A stretch of DNA of 64,000 nt from Candidatus Bipolaricaulota bacterium (GCA_040752575.1 JBFMGK010000073.1:29399-93398), one strand, 5' to 3'. Numbered from the stretch's first letter, positions 29,436 through 38,660 are shown. Notes: generated by a model not told the origin, from the letters alone. A program made the numbers and translations.

Positions 29436-31922
29436 CTAGGCTTGCCGGTCAACATCCTCGGCAAGCGGGAACAGGTCAGGCAGGCTGTCGACCCCCACCC
29501 AATCCTTCGAGATGTGGTGGGAGAACTCTGGATCTCCCTCTCGCTCAAGGTACCTAGCCCGGTAGTCCTTCATGTGCTTCAAGGCGTATGCCGCAGCAGG
29601 AACAGCAATCCTCAGAGCCCGGAACCGGTACTTCTCCCAAGTCGTCGCAAAGGAGGGTGATGTGATGTCATGCCCATCGGCCCCGGGCAGCGGCACTTCA
29701 TCCTCGTTACCCAGCAACTTGCGTAGCATCGACGGCTTCCCCGTTTCCCTCTCCGCAATCCCAAAAAGCAGGAACTGCCTGACAACTGCGTTCCTCGCGG
29801 GGGTTACTCGCCACAGTGGACTTGCCTGCATAGCAAAGTCCTCAAGTTTCTTCTTCAGGATTGGCTTCGTACTGGGGTCCGCCCAGAGCTGCTTCAGCCT
29901 ATCGTCAACGCTCTGCCCCAGCACTGAGTCGAACTGGCGCGCAACAGCCAAGCGCAGCCAGGCCGCCACATACTCAGGATCAAGCAGACCCCAGCTAAGG
30001 AACGAGTCAAAGCCTACACTTCGCCTTCTCTTGCTGTCCGCTGGCAACTCCTCGTCCGGGACTCGGTGCTTGGCCCACTCGTCGACGACATAGTCCATGG
30101 TGGTCTTGCTCACGCAGGTCCCCAAATCCATCTTGAGTAGTTGCGTCCCGAGATCGACGGTGAATGGCTCGCGCGCCGCGTTCGTTGAGATGCGATTTCG
30201 CTCCTGCTGCAGCAGTGCAGCCACAATCCCAGTAGTGCGCTCGAATCTGGGCAGCATGTCTTCGCGCAGAGCCCGAACTGACTCATCCACAGCTGTGAGC
30301 ACAGTGGTCGCCAGGTCCTTCGCAGCCGCCTTGATCGTGCACTCCTGGTACGTGTCAAGGTGCTTCTTGCATTGCGTACTAAGCGTGGCTAGATAGGCCG
30401 CACGCGTCCATGAGTGCAGAAACGGCTTCTTGTAGTCCGGTTCCGCACTCGGCTCTTCTCGCTTCGCCAGGGACAGCTCGGCAGCCTGAGCATCGAGCCC
30501 ACGGCCCAATTCCGCCAAGAATCGCATGGCGAAGCCAGCCCCCTTCTGCATGACCAGCCGCTCCGTCTCGCCGACTAGCGCATCCAGTTGCTCCACAACT
30601 AGCCGCGCCGCGTTCGCGCTGTTAGGGCCAATCCAGGAGTCTATTTCTCTGCCAAGCTTGCCCTTGGCATCCGCCATCCATGCGATATACGCCTCCGCGG
30701 AGTCAAGCTTCCCCTCCAGCACTTCGTGCTTCACCTGGCTCGTCAGTTTGCCAACCCCTTCTGCAAGCCCCGCAGCAGTGAGCTTCCGCGCCGCCAAGTA
30801 GTCCACTGCCTCAGATTCCGGCGTTCCGTCAGCCACAGCTGTCGATTCGGCCTCCAGGCTCCTCATCGCAAGTCCGTGAAGAAGTTCGTTTGCCGTCTCG
30901 AGAACTGCCAAGTCGACGGAGCGCTCAATCGGCACTTCGAGGGTCGACATGCCCGTGCTCATGTAGCGCGCCCGCTTTCCAGCCCAGTCGGAACGCTTCT
31001 CCGCAACCTCCTCAATCAGGTTCCTCCAGAAGGACCTGACTGCCTGCGTTTCGATGGTTAGGTGAAGAAACAATGCAGTAGCAGATACGTGTTGCAGCGT
31101 CTCTAGATCCTTCACCCTGAGTTCGCGATCGTTTATGTCATCAAGGAGGTATATAAAGTTGAAGGGCTTCCGCCCCGAGTGACTTCCACCCCACACGACT
31201 CGCACCCCAAGAGGGTACTCGACCGTGAACTCCTCCTTGCAGCCCATAAGGTAGTCGAGCTCCTTCAGGGCTGCATAGCCATTGCCCTCAACGCGTGAAG
31301 ACGAATTGGGTATCCGGGTATACGCCTTAGGCAGTAGGAAGAAGCCGACAATCCGGTTCCTCTCGGGCCCAAGCATGTCGCGGAGCATGTACCCCACATC
31401 TAGAAACATGCCAGATCCTGTCCCGCCTGCAAGCGAGCCAACAACGTAGACCTCAACTTGTGCGGCATCACGTGGGTCTGCATCATCTGCGGCCAGCCCT
31501 TCGTCCGGCTCGGTCTCCGCAGTTCGCAGCGCAACCAGAGCGTTATCGATGCGACGTTGTATCTCCTTAGCCTCGCTGAAGAAGGCGATACGCCCTGACA
31601 CACGACGAGCACCAGCCCCATCCTCCATGTCCTCGAAACTTAGCATCTCGTCAGGGAGTACCCAACTTGAGATCTCTGGGGTCCGGATAAACGGACGGAT
31701 GTCCCGAAGATCAATACGGAAGAACTCCACCCTGTCAAGAGCAGCAATCGCTTTGTCGATTGCATTCACCTTCACCTGTCGATCTGTGTCAATCGCCAGG
31801 AGTCGGACTTGAGGCGGAACGCGGCCCTCATGAAGAAGGAACTGCCCCTTAATGTACTGTAGGACCTTCGTCCCCGTACCACCCAATCCAACCAACAGAG
31901 CTCGCCGCACGGTCACCGCCAT
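29436..31922 (-). CDS. Tubulin/FtsZ-like GTPase (Tubulin_2 / FtsZl1-type) with long helical C-terminus
   Basis: LVGLGGTG (T1), AIDTD, GAGARR..GR, GSLAGGTGSGMFLD (tubulin signature), NGYAALKELD; AAGGAGG RBS. Confidence 0.9.
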   Translation of the reverse strand: MAVTVRRALLVGLGGTGTKVLQYIKGQFLLHEGRVPPQVRLLAIDTDRQVKVNAIDKAIAALDRVEFFRIDLRDIRPFIRTPEISSWVLPDEMLSFEDMEDGAGARRVSGRIAFFSEAKEIQRRIDNALVALRTAETEPDEGLAADDADPRDAAQVEVYVVGSLAGGTGSGMFLDVGYMLRDMLGPERNRIVGFFLLPKAYTRIPNSSSRVEGNGYAALKELDYLMGCKEEFTVEYPLGVRVVWGGSHSGRKPFNFIYLLDDINDRELRVKDLETLQHVSATALFLHLTIETQAVRSFWRNLIEEVAEKRSDWAGKRARYMSTGMSTLEVPIERSVDLAVLETANELLHGLAMRSLEAESTAVADGTPESEAVDYLAARKLTAAGLAEGVGKLTSQVKHEVLEGKLDSAEAYIAWMADAKGKLGREIDSWIGPNSANAARLVVEQLDALVGETERLVMQKGAGFAMRFLAELGRGLDAQAAELSLAKREEPSAEPDYKKPFLHSWTRAAYLATLSTQCKKHLDTYQECTIKAAAKDLATTVLTAVDESVRALREDMLPRFERTTGIVAALLQQERNRISTNAAREPFTVDLGTQLLKMDLGTCVSKTTMDYVVDEWAKHRVPDEELPADSKRRRSVGFDSFLSWGLLDPEYVAAWLRLAVARQFDSVLGQSVDDRLKQLWADPSTKPILKKKLEDFAMQASPLWRVTPARNAVVRQFLLFGIAERETGKPSMLRKLLGNEDEVPLPGADGHDITSPSFATTWEKYRFRALRIAVPAAAYALKHMKDYRARYLEREGDPEFSHHISKDWVGVDSLPDLFPLAEDVDRQA

Positions 31923-31937
31923 GGCGCCTCCTTGCTA

Positions 31938-31995
31938 GGTCAACCTGCGCAGTTGACCGGTACATCATAGCGCATACTAGATAGGACACCCTATC
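31938..31995 (-). promoter_or_regulatory. Putative internal promoter with two perfect inverted repeats upstream of the tubulin-like gene
   Basis: GGTCAAC-N7-GTTGACC (31938-31958), minus-strand -10 TATGAT (31969-31964), GATAGG-N4-CCTATC (31980-31995). Confidence 0.5.
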
Positions 31996-32072
31996 ACAGA
32001 GCGAAGTCAGAGCCAAGTTGCGGCATTGCCACCCCGCTCTTTCGCATGGATCTGCATGCTTAACGGGCTATC

Positions 32073-32294
32073 CTAGCGCCTGGACATCCACCAACGAAGC
32101 ACAGAGTACGTTCCGACTACAGCTAGCAGGAACAGGCCGACAACCCAGTTCTGCAGCACATAGCCTACCACGGCAGACAGCAGTGCGGAGAGGAATGCCT
32201 TCAGGATGCGCCATAGAGGCGACGGAATGGTATCCCGAATGCGTTCCGCTAGTTCTTCCAGTGACTCAAGGAAGGAATTGAACGCTTGGCCCAT
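32073..32294 (-). CDS. Small membrane protein (73 aa, about 2 TM helices)
   Basis: Amphipathic N-terminus, hydrophobic hairpin and basic tail WWMSRR; same strand as the rest of the island. Confidence 0.65.
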   Translation of the reverse strand: MGQAFNSFLESLEELAERIRDTIPSPLWRILKAFLSALLSAVVGYVLQNWVVGLFLLAVVGTYSVLRWWMSRR

Positions 32295-32603
32295 GTTCCG
32301 CCCTTAATGTCCTCTCCCCACCGTTCGTTGTGCTCTTGCATGCAGCATGCAACTCTCACCCGTCTACAAGCGACCCTCCCTAAGGACAGAGCCATCGCAG
32401 GTGCATGGTCCCGCCATATGTCACTGCCGTCCTTCCGCCAACGCGCAGACGTGAGCCAATGGCTTCCTCGACGATTAGCCCCTGACGGAATCGCTTAACG
32501 ACGACAGCGATCTGGGTCAGTTCTACACCGGCGATGACAGTCGGACCCCAGGTGAGTACCACGCTTCGCTCGGGGCCGAAGCAATTCACCTTCCGCGCAG
32601 CTG

Positions 32604-35600
32604 CTACGCCAACAGAGGCACAAGCCCAATAGCCACCATCGCACATACAACTAGCACCAGTACCGCCAGAATAACCCCTTTGTGCTCTGCTGCACCTATT
32701 CTGGCTAGCCCCCACGCAATGTCGCCTCTACTGAGTCCGACCGCAGCATAGACGAATGCTGCCAGGACAGTGGCGCTGTACAGCGCCAGCGCGATGAGAC
32801 CACACCATCTTGCGACAGCGGCAGTCAGCGGACTCCGGATTCTGAACAGCGCCGATTCGCTCGTCCACGCGTACTCGATGCCTGGGAAGACTGCCGTCAG
32901 CGAGTGCCGGTACGTGCCAGCGATCGCCGCGCGCTCGCTGGGCAGGCGCACAAGAACGGTCGCGCGACCTGACAAGACAAACTGGCCTGGACCTGCGTCC
33001 TCAGCTGTCTGGCTTTCTGCTTGCAGGAACTCCATGGGTTGGCCCTTCCCCCCGACCACAAGGAGGCGCCTGCCCATTGGCAACTGGAGGAACGCGTAGT
33101 TCGGCTCAAACTGGAGCCTGGCAATCACATCGCCGGGATTATGGAGTCCGGGCAGGAGTTTCGCTGTCACGGAAACTGCAGGAGCAGTCAGCCTGTAGGC
33201 GTACGCTACTCTAAGTTCCCTCTCCCCATTTAGGAATTGGACAGGCTCCACTGGCAGGAGACGCAGCGTGCCGGTCTGCTCCCCCGGAGGCGCGTTGGCG
33301 GCGATCTCGAAGACGATGTAGCGTGGTCCGCAGGCCACGTTGCTCTTGTCGGACTCCACTAGCGTCAGTTCCGTGTGGTCGTATTCGATTTCAATGCACT
33401 TGGAACCTGCGACAAGCGCGGTGTCTGGCTCCAAACTGAGCTCCATGACCCTTTGGCCTTCGGCCACATCACCCAGATCGATGCGGGTGCCAGACGCCTG
33501 TCCAAGCGGCTTCTCGATGCTCACAAGGATCCCCGGTCTAGCGGTAGGTACTGATAGCGGCAGCATGATCGCGGTCCCCTGCTGGCCGCCGACCTTGAGT
33601 TGCACGGGCGTCGTGCTGCCTGGTGATCCTTGCCACTCGAGGATGAGAGTCGCACTCGCAATCGCCCCTTCCCACCTGGCCAGAGCCGCGCGCGGGATAG
33701 CAAGGACGACGGCCACAGATCGATCCGTGTCAAAGGGGCCCTCGATCGCTGATGGAAGCACTGAGACGTGTCCCAACTCCGGGGGCACGTCTTGGAGAGT
33801 CAGCGTGATCTTCCCGTCTAGCGACCTCGCATCTCTGCAGATGACATGGACCTGCGCATCACTCTCCACTTGGACGCTAGGAGCTGTCGAGCTCGGCACT
33901 GTCCATGGATTTGCGAACGACAGCCGACCTGGGTCGATCGCCACAACCAGCTGGGGCTGCTCCACTTCCACAGCGAAAGAGAACGGGATGTCGCAGGTCC
34001 GAACAGGCACGCCTCCCGGAAGGACAACCCACGATCCCGGAGCCGCTTCCACATGAATGACCCCATGGCACTCCTCGCGATAGACCCCGGTCTCCAGAGC
34101 CGGAGCAACCAGCCAGGCTTCGCAGGAGTCTGTCACTATGTACACTCCCGACCGAATGTCCTGAGGTGAATGCACGTTAGCTGCATCAGCTAGCATAGGG
34201 GTTGTAGGATAGCATTGGTCCAGCTTCACTTGGAGGGCGCCAACTGCCCCCACCGATGTTATGTCAGGATAATGCACATCGAGTGCGACTGCGCTGCCGC
34301 CAGGCAGCACGGGTCCCTGCCTTAGCTGCCTAAGCTCTACCATGATCGCGCGTGGCAGATAGGCGAGATCGATGCCGAGACGCATACACGAGTGAATCTC
34401 ACCTGACTGCCTGAAGAAGACAGCGCCCGATGCATTAGCGCCCTGAACAATGACAGTTGCATCAGTGGGATCAGTGTTCAATGCTGCACTTTGCGCTTCC
34501 ACTAGAGCATAGGGAGACACGTCCAGAGCCAGTTCTAGCCTGCCGTCGGCACCGTCCACATATGCTGCCTTCTGGAGCCGGATGGCGATTCCGCTGCCTG
34601 CCACGCCGCTCTCAGAGACACTCGCCGCTAGTCCATCCGGGCCGACAACTCCGGTGGGAGCACCCATCATGTAGATCGCAGGAAGGCTTACAGAAACAGT
34701 ATCGTCCGACGTTCGGCCGCCAGCCGGAGTCCACAAGTTCGCCTGGACGCCATCTCGATCTGGCTCGAGTAGGATGAACTCATACGGGATCGCGCCGTAG
34801 GAAGACCATCCAAGCCCGTCAAGTGGATCCAGCGCCGCTGGCTCAATCTCGAGGAGCCCTGCGTACTGCCCCGGGGGGAGATCTCGCCGGATCGTGAGCA
34901 TCACCTGGCCGCTAGCGTCCGGAAGCTCCAGAGCCTCGACCGGACTCCCAGGCTGACCCACTAGCGACACATACCTGTCCCGCGACACGATGCGCACGTG
35001 CCTCTGCGCCGATGGTAGTCGTTCATACGCTTGATTGTGTGTTAATAGTAGAGAGAACCCGTTGTCCGTTCGTATCAGGGAACCCTGCACATGCGGGACA
35101 CTTAGCGGTAGATGAAGCGTAGTCGCGGAAGGGTCGAATACAACTTCGATTGGTGCCTCGTTCCCCGCAGCATAGGAAAGCTGCAATGCCCCGACTAGCT
35201 CTGTCATTCCGCTCGACTCCGCCGCACTGAGGTACCTGCGCAGGTCGCTCAGCGGTGAGAAGCGCATTGTGAACTCGAACGAACCTCCCCCATGGAGGAC
35301 CTGTGCAGCAGCGACTGACGACGGCTCCAAGAGCACCGCAACGCCGGGGATGTCGAACCCAGAAACCACAAGATCGACGCGCCCCGTGTCGACACTAGTC
35401 TCCCCGACTCTCGAGACGTCAGCAACTGCGAGGGTACTCACGCCGGTCTCCCCCGTGTCCCACAAGTTCCCGACGTCGAGTACGATGTCGCGCATCGCAA
35501 GCTTGACGCTGTGCTGCTCGCCGAAAGTCCTTGCGTCCGCTGAGACTGATGTGTAGATGGGGTGCCCCCCCAAGACCTCTCCAATTGCATCCGGCGCTGT

Positions 35601-36572
35601 CCCCGTGCTTCCGAAGACGTATCTCCAGACATGCACTGCCTGGTTCATTTCTGCGAACCGTCCGTTCGCACGCTCTACAATCTCTTGCGCTCGTTGAGGG
35701 AAGGAGCTGCTACCAATGGGCTCCACGTTTTCGTCGCCGTCGGTGAGTATGACGAGTTCCTGCCGGTGCGTGCGCGCGTATTCGGCTGCAGCAGCGGGAG
35801 CCGCGCCGCGCGCCTGATCCAACAGAGAGTCAATGCGCGCCTCCGCTGCCTTGCTCTGTGCCCACGAGGCAGCCGCCGCCTCTTCGTACTGGCGTGCGCG
35901 GCCTGGAGACTCGGCTGCATGTCTTTCCTGATCCAGGGCATCTTGGGCCTTTGCGCCAACCTCTGTGACAAGGTCTAGTACTTTGATAACCAAGTCGGGG
36001 TCGCCGCCGGCGTACTGCAGGGAGGTCATGATGTCCAGCGCGCACTGGAGTGTTAGGAGAATACCGGTGTTCAGGCCCCAGAAGCGTGGCTGCGTTGCTG
36101 AGCGCATTCCTTCAAGTGCAGCGGCAACTCCGAGCCAAGTCTCCGGGATCGCGCCGCCGTAAAGCGGCATCTGCGATGCTGCAGCCCCTCTCTCTCCCTC
36201 GAGCAGTTTGAGCAGGTACCCACGGTCCCCATCCCTCTGGACGTAGTACGCGCTGCCTAGCGTCCCTGGACCATCCAGGTCACACGGGCCAACGGAGAAG
36301 GTTAGCAGGACAATGCTCCCTGCCTCACGGTCTCTCACTTCACTCGATAGGGCATTCACGACGCTGCCAATAATGTTTTCCTGTAAGGGGTTACCCTTTA
36401 CCTCACCCACCATGGATGAGGTTACGTCCAGTAGAAAGACAATATCTGTGTTGCTGGCGCACGCTCTGCACACGAGGAGCATCACAATGGTGCAGGCAGC
36501 AGCGAACCCAACTAGCCTGCGCCAACTGGTAGGTTTCCAACACGTAGCAGCGTGACCGCATGTAGGATTCAT
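32604..36572 (-). CDS. Large secreted vWA-domain protein with beta-rich repeated stalk and C-terminal TM anchors
   Basis: Signal peptide; MIDAS DIVFLLDVTSSM...NTG...LVILTDGDEN; repeated PPGxYxGxL-type beta units; two C-terminal TM helices; AGGAGG RBS. Confidence 0.8.
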   Translation of the reverse strand: MNPTCGHAATCWKPTSWRRLVGFAAACTIVMLLVCRACASNTDIVFLLDVTSSMVGEVKGNPLQENIIGSVVNALSSEVRDREAGSIVLLTFSVGPCDLDGPGTLGSAYYVQRDGDRGYLLKLLEGERGAAASQMPLYGGAIPETWLGVAAALEGMRSATQPRFWGLNTGILLTLQCALDIMTSLQYAGGDPDLVIKVLDLVTEVGAKAQDALDQERHAAESPGRARQYEEAAAASWAQSKAAEARIDSLLDQARGAAPAAAAEYARTHRQELVILTDGDENVEPIGSSSFPQRAQEIVERANGRFAEMNQAVHVWRYVFGSTGTAPDAIGEVLGGHPIYTSVSADARTFGEQHSVKLAMRDIVLDVGNLWDTGETGVSTLAVADVSRVGETSVDTGRVDLVVSGFDIPGVAVLLEPSSVAAAQVLHGGGSFEFTMRFSPLSDLRRYLSAAESSGMTELVGALQLSYAAGNEAPIEVVFDPSATTLHLPLSVPHVQGSLIRTDNGFSLLLTHNQAYERLPSAQRHVRIVSRDRYVSLVGQPGSPVEALELPDASGQVMLTIRRDLPPGQYAGLLEIEPAALDPLDGLGWSSYGAIPYEFILLEPDRDGVQANLWTPAGGRTSDDTVSVSLPAIYMMGAPTGVVGPDGLAASVSESGVAGSGIAIRLQKAAYVDGADGRLELALDVSPYALVEAQSAALNTDPTDATVIVQGANASGAVFFRQSGEIHSCMRLGIDLAYLPRAIMVELRQLRQGPVLPGGSAVALDVHYPDITSVGAVGALQVKLDQCYPTTPMLADAANVHSPQDIRSGVYIVTDSCEAWLVAPALETGVYREECHGVIHVEAAPGSWVVLPGGVPVRTCDIPFSFAVEVEQPQLVVAIDPGRLSFANPWTVPSSTAPSVQVESDAQVHVICRDARSLDGKITLTLQDVPPELGHVSVLPSAIEGPFDTDRSVAVVLAIPRAALARWEGAIASATLILEWQGSPGSTTPVQLKVGGQQGTAIMLPLSVPTARPGILVSIEKPLGQASGTRIDLGDVAEGQRVMELSLEPDTALVAGSKCIEIEYDHTELTLVESDKSNVACGPRYIVFEIAANAPPGEQTGTLRLLPVEPVQFLNGERELRVAYAYRLTAPAVSVTAKLLPGLHNPGDVIARLQFEPNYAFLQLPMGRRLLVVGGKGQPMEFLQAESQTAEDAGPGQFVLSGRATVLVRLPSERAAIAGTYRHSLTAVFPGIEYAWTSESALFRIRSPLTAAVARWCGLIALALYSATVLAAFVYAAVGLSRGDIAWGLARIGAAEHKGVILAVLVLVVCAMVAIGLVPLLA

Positions 36573-36626
36573 CCAAGCCCTCCTGCCTAAGCCAGGCCAC
36601 TACTTGCCTGACCTGGACGTGGCGTG

Positions 36627-36655
36627 ATTGTAGTGCATCCTACACAGCACGAGAA
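36627..36655 (-). promoter_or_regulatory. Putative promoter of the vWA-tubulin island
   Basis: Minus strand TTCTCG, 17-nt spacer, TACAAT, 54 nt upstream of the vWA ATG. Confidence 0.45.
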
Positions 36656-37347
36656 GCCCTTGTGGGAGTTCAGGGTCACACGTTCGGCGTGGATTCATGA
36701 CCTGAGCCTCGGACGTCAGCCCGTGGTCTGGGAACGTCGCGATCCACTGCTGGGTTCCGCCCGAGGCTGAGTGCTTCGGCGCAGCAAACCGCCTGCGTTG
36801 GGGCATGGTCGTTGGGTTCGCAGACCCCGAGCACTCGACTCTGGACCCTGCCCCGTTACCTTGGTCATCCAGGAGAAGCTCGAGGCGCTGGTGTCTTGTG
36901 TGGCTCTGCGCAGTCGACAAGCCCACCTGGATATGGCAGACTCGCACTGCGAGGAGGAGCGCATCGGGCTCCACCCTCGTGGTGCCGTCGAGGATCGCTG
37001 TCCCAGGCACCGCGGGGGCATCCCGATTTCGGCAGCCCGCTCTAGAGGGGCTTGACACCTCGGCCAGCGCGGTTCTTCCTGGAACACCGGCCGACGAGTT
37101 CTGCGATCGACGCCAGAGCACCGGTTGTCCATTGCCGTGAGGGCGAACGGGGGCAAGGCGCCACGCGCCCTCTTGACCGTCTCCTATCAGGTGCAGGATC
37201 CCGGCTGTTCAGCGCCAACACCCCGACGCTCAGGTTGGACAAGGCTTCGGTGACGCACCGAGGATATGCCCGATCGTCGCGCAGACCCTCAGGCAGACCG
37301 GCGCGGTCAGTTCCTGCCTCCAGACGCTCCCAAAACCCCGTCGGCTC

Positions 37348-37376
37348 TTGCATCCGAGACCCTGCTCAGCTACACT
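37348..37376 (+). promoter_or_regulatory. Sigma70-type promoter upstream of the RIO kinase leader
   Basis: TTGCAT (37348-37353), 17-nt spacer, TACACT (37371-37376). Confidence 0.6.
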
Positions 37377-37431
37377 GCGCCCATCTCCGAGCGATCCCGC
37401 TCGCGAGGGTTCGAAAGGAGGCGTGAAGACC

Positions 37432-37485
37432 ATGAGATCGGTGAAAGCTGACCTTGTCTTTGTTGCCTCCTGCCGAGCGTTCTAG
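37432..37485 (+). CDS. Putative leader peptide (uORF) MRSVKADLVFVASCRAF
   Basis: Strong SD AAAGGAGG at 37414-37421; lies between the promoter and the RIO kinase gene. Confidence 0.5.
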   Translation: MRSVKADLVFVASCRAF

Positions 37486-37631
37486 GGCTCTCTCGGGCCC
37501 ACACTCCAAGCTCACTCAGGACTCGATCGAGTCTCCTTTTCGCTCCGAGGTGGCAGCCATCCCGGAATCGGTTCTTGGTCATTCAGGATTCGTGGGAGGA
37601 AGCTATTTCAAGACGAGAAGAAGTCCGTAGC

Positions 37632-38660
37632 ATGCAGTACGAGCCTGCCGAAGTGCGCAGTCCGCAGTATGTATCTGAGCGCGGCCCGGCCAGTGAGACG
37701 GGCAATGCCGCAGACGAGTGGGATGACGTGGCTCTGGCATCGGGCAAGCTGTCGACAGCAGACGGCACGCGTGCCTGGAACAGAGAGAGCAAGCTCGACC
37801 GGGACCACAAGCCCGATGGAGGACGACGGCCGGCGGTCCAGCGGGCGCGGCCGGACGATGTGGGCCTGCTGACGAGCGACCAGGTCGCGTTCCTCGACGA
37901 AGGACCGAAGGATCCGCTCGAGTTGTTCGCAGACTCGGGCTACATCACCGACGTCGTGAATCGCGTGAAGAGCGGGAAAGAAGCGACGGTCTTCTGCTGC
38001 CGCGCTCACCCGTCGACGGGCCACGAGCTGCTCGCCGCCAAGGTCTACGCAATCGGCATCGGCGCGCACTATCGCATGAGCAAGCTCTACGCGGATGGCC
38101 GCTTCCGCGTCTACAAGCCGGACTCGCGCCAGGAGCGCGCGATCAAGTCGGGCAAGCACCGCGGCAAGGAGATGGTGTTCGCCGACTGGGTCGGCCAGGA
38201 GTACGCGAACTTGCGTGCGTTCCACGCTGCCGGCGCGGACGTGCCGGCACCGATCGCCCAGTGCGGCTCGGGGATCCTGATGGAGTACGTCGGGGATGCC
38301 GAGCGTCCGGCTCCGACGCTGGTTGGAGCGACCCTGACTCCGGCGGAAGCACAACGACTTTTCGATCAGGCGATGCGCAACATCCGCATCTTCCTCGCGG
38401 AGGATCGCGTCCACGGCGATCTCTCGCCGTACAACATGCTCCTCTGGAAGGATCGGCTCGTGGTCATCGACCTGCCGCAGGTCGTGCACGCGCGCTGGAA
38501 CGACGAGGCGTTCAACGTTCTCAGGCGCGACATCGAAAACATCCTCTCGTTCTTCAGCCGCCGCGGTGTGACGGCGTCGGCAACGGAACTGACGATTGAT
38601 CTATGGAAGAGCTATCGGAGAAGTGAGTTGAGGGTCGATTCTGGAGTCCGGGGTCCGTAG
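37632..38660 (+). CDS. RIO1-family atypical Ser/Thr kinase/ATPase
   Basis: KSGKEATVF, AAKVY, ILMEYVG, VHGDLSPYNML, VIDLPQ, RDIENI. Confidence 0.92.
   Translation: MQYEPAEVRSPQYVSERGPASETGNAADEWDDVALASGKLSTADGTRAWNRESKLDRDHKPDGGRRPAVQRARPDDVGLLTSDQVAFLDEGPKDPLELFADSGYITDVVNRVKSGKEATVFCCRAHPSTGHELLAAKVYAIGIGAHYRMSKLYADGRFRVYKPDSRQERAIKSGKHRGKEMVFADWVGQEYANLRAFHAAGADVPAPIAQCGSGILMEYVGDAERPAPTLVGATLTPAEAQRLFDQAMRNIRIFLAEDRVHGDLSPYNMLLWKDRLVVIDLPQVVHARWNDEAFNVLRRDIENILSFFSRRGVTASATELTIDLWKSYRRSELRVDSGVRGP

Noticed and set aside
29436..31922. Calling the tubulin-like gene ftsZ
   Set aside because: 828 aa, IDTD rather than NTD, no dcw cluster context and a long helical C-terminus; fits Tubulin_2-type proteins
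32380..32715. 111-aa minus-strand ORF as a fifth island gene
   Set aside because: Overlaps the vWA 3' end out of frame, with no clear SD or recognisable motif
37632..38660. RIO kinase as part of the vWA-tubulin system
   Set aside because: Divergent, about 1 kb away, with host-like high GC and its own promoter and leader; adjacency is probably incidental
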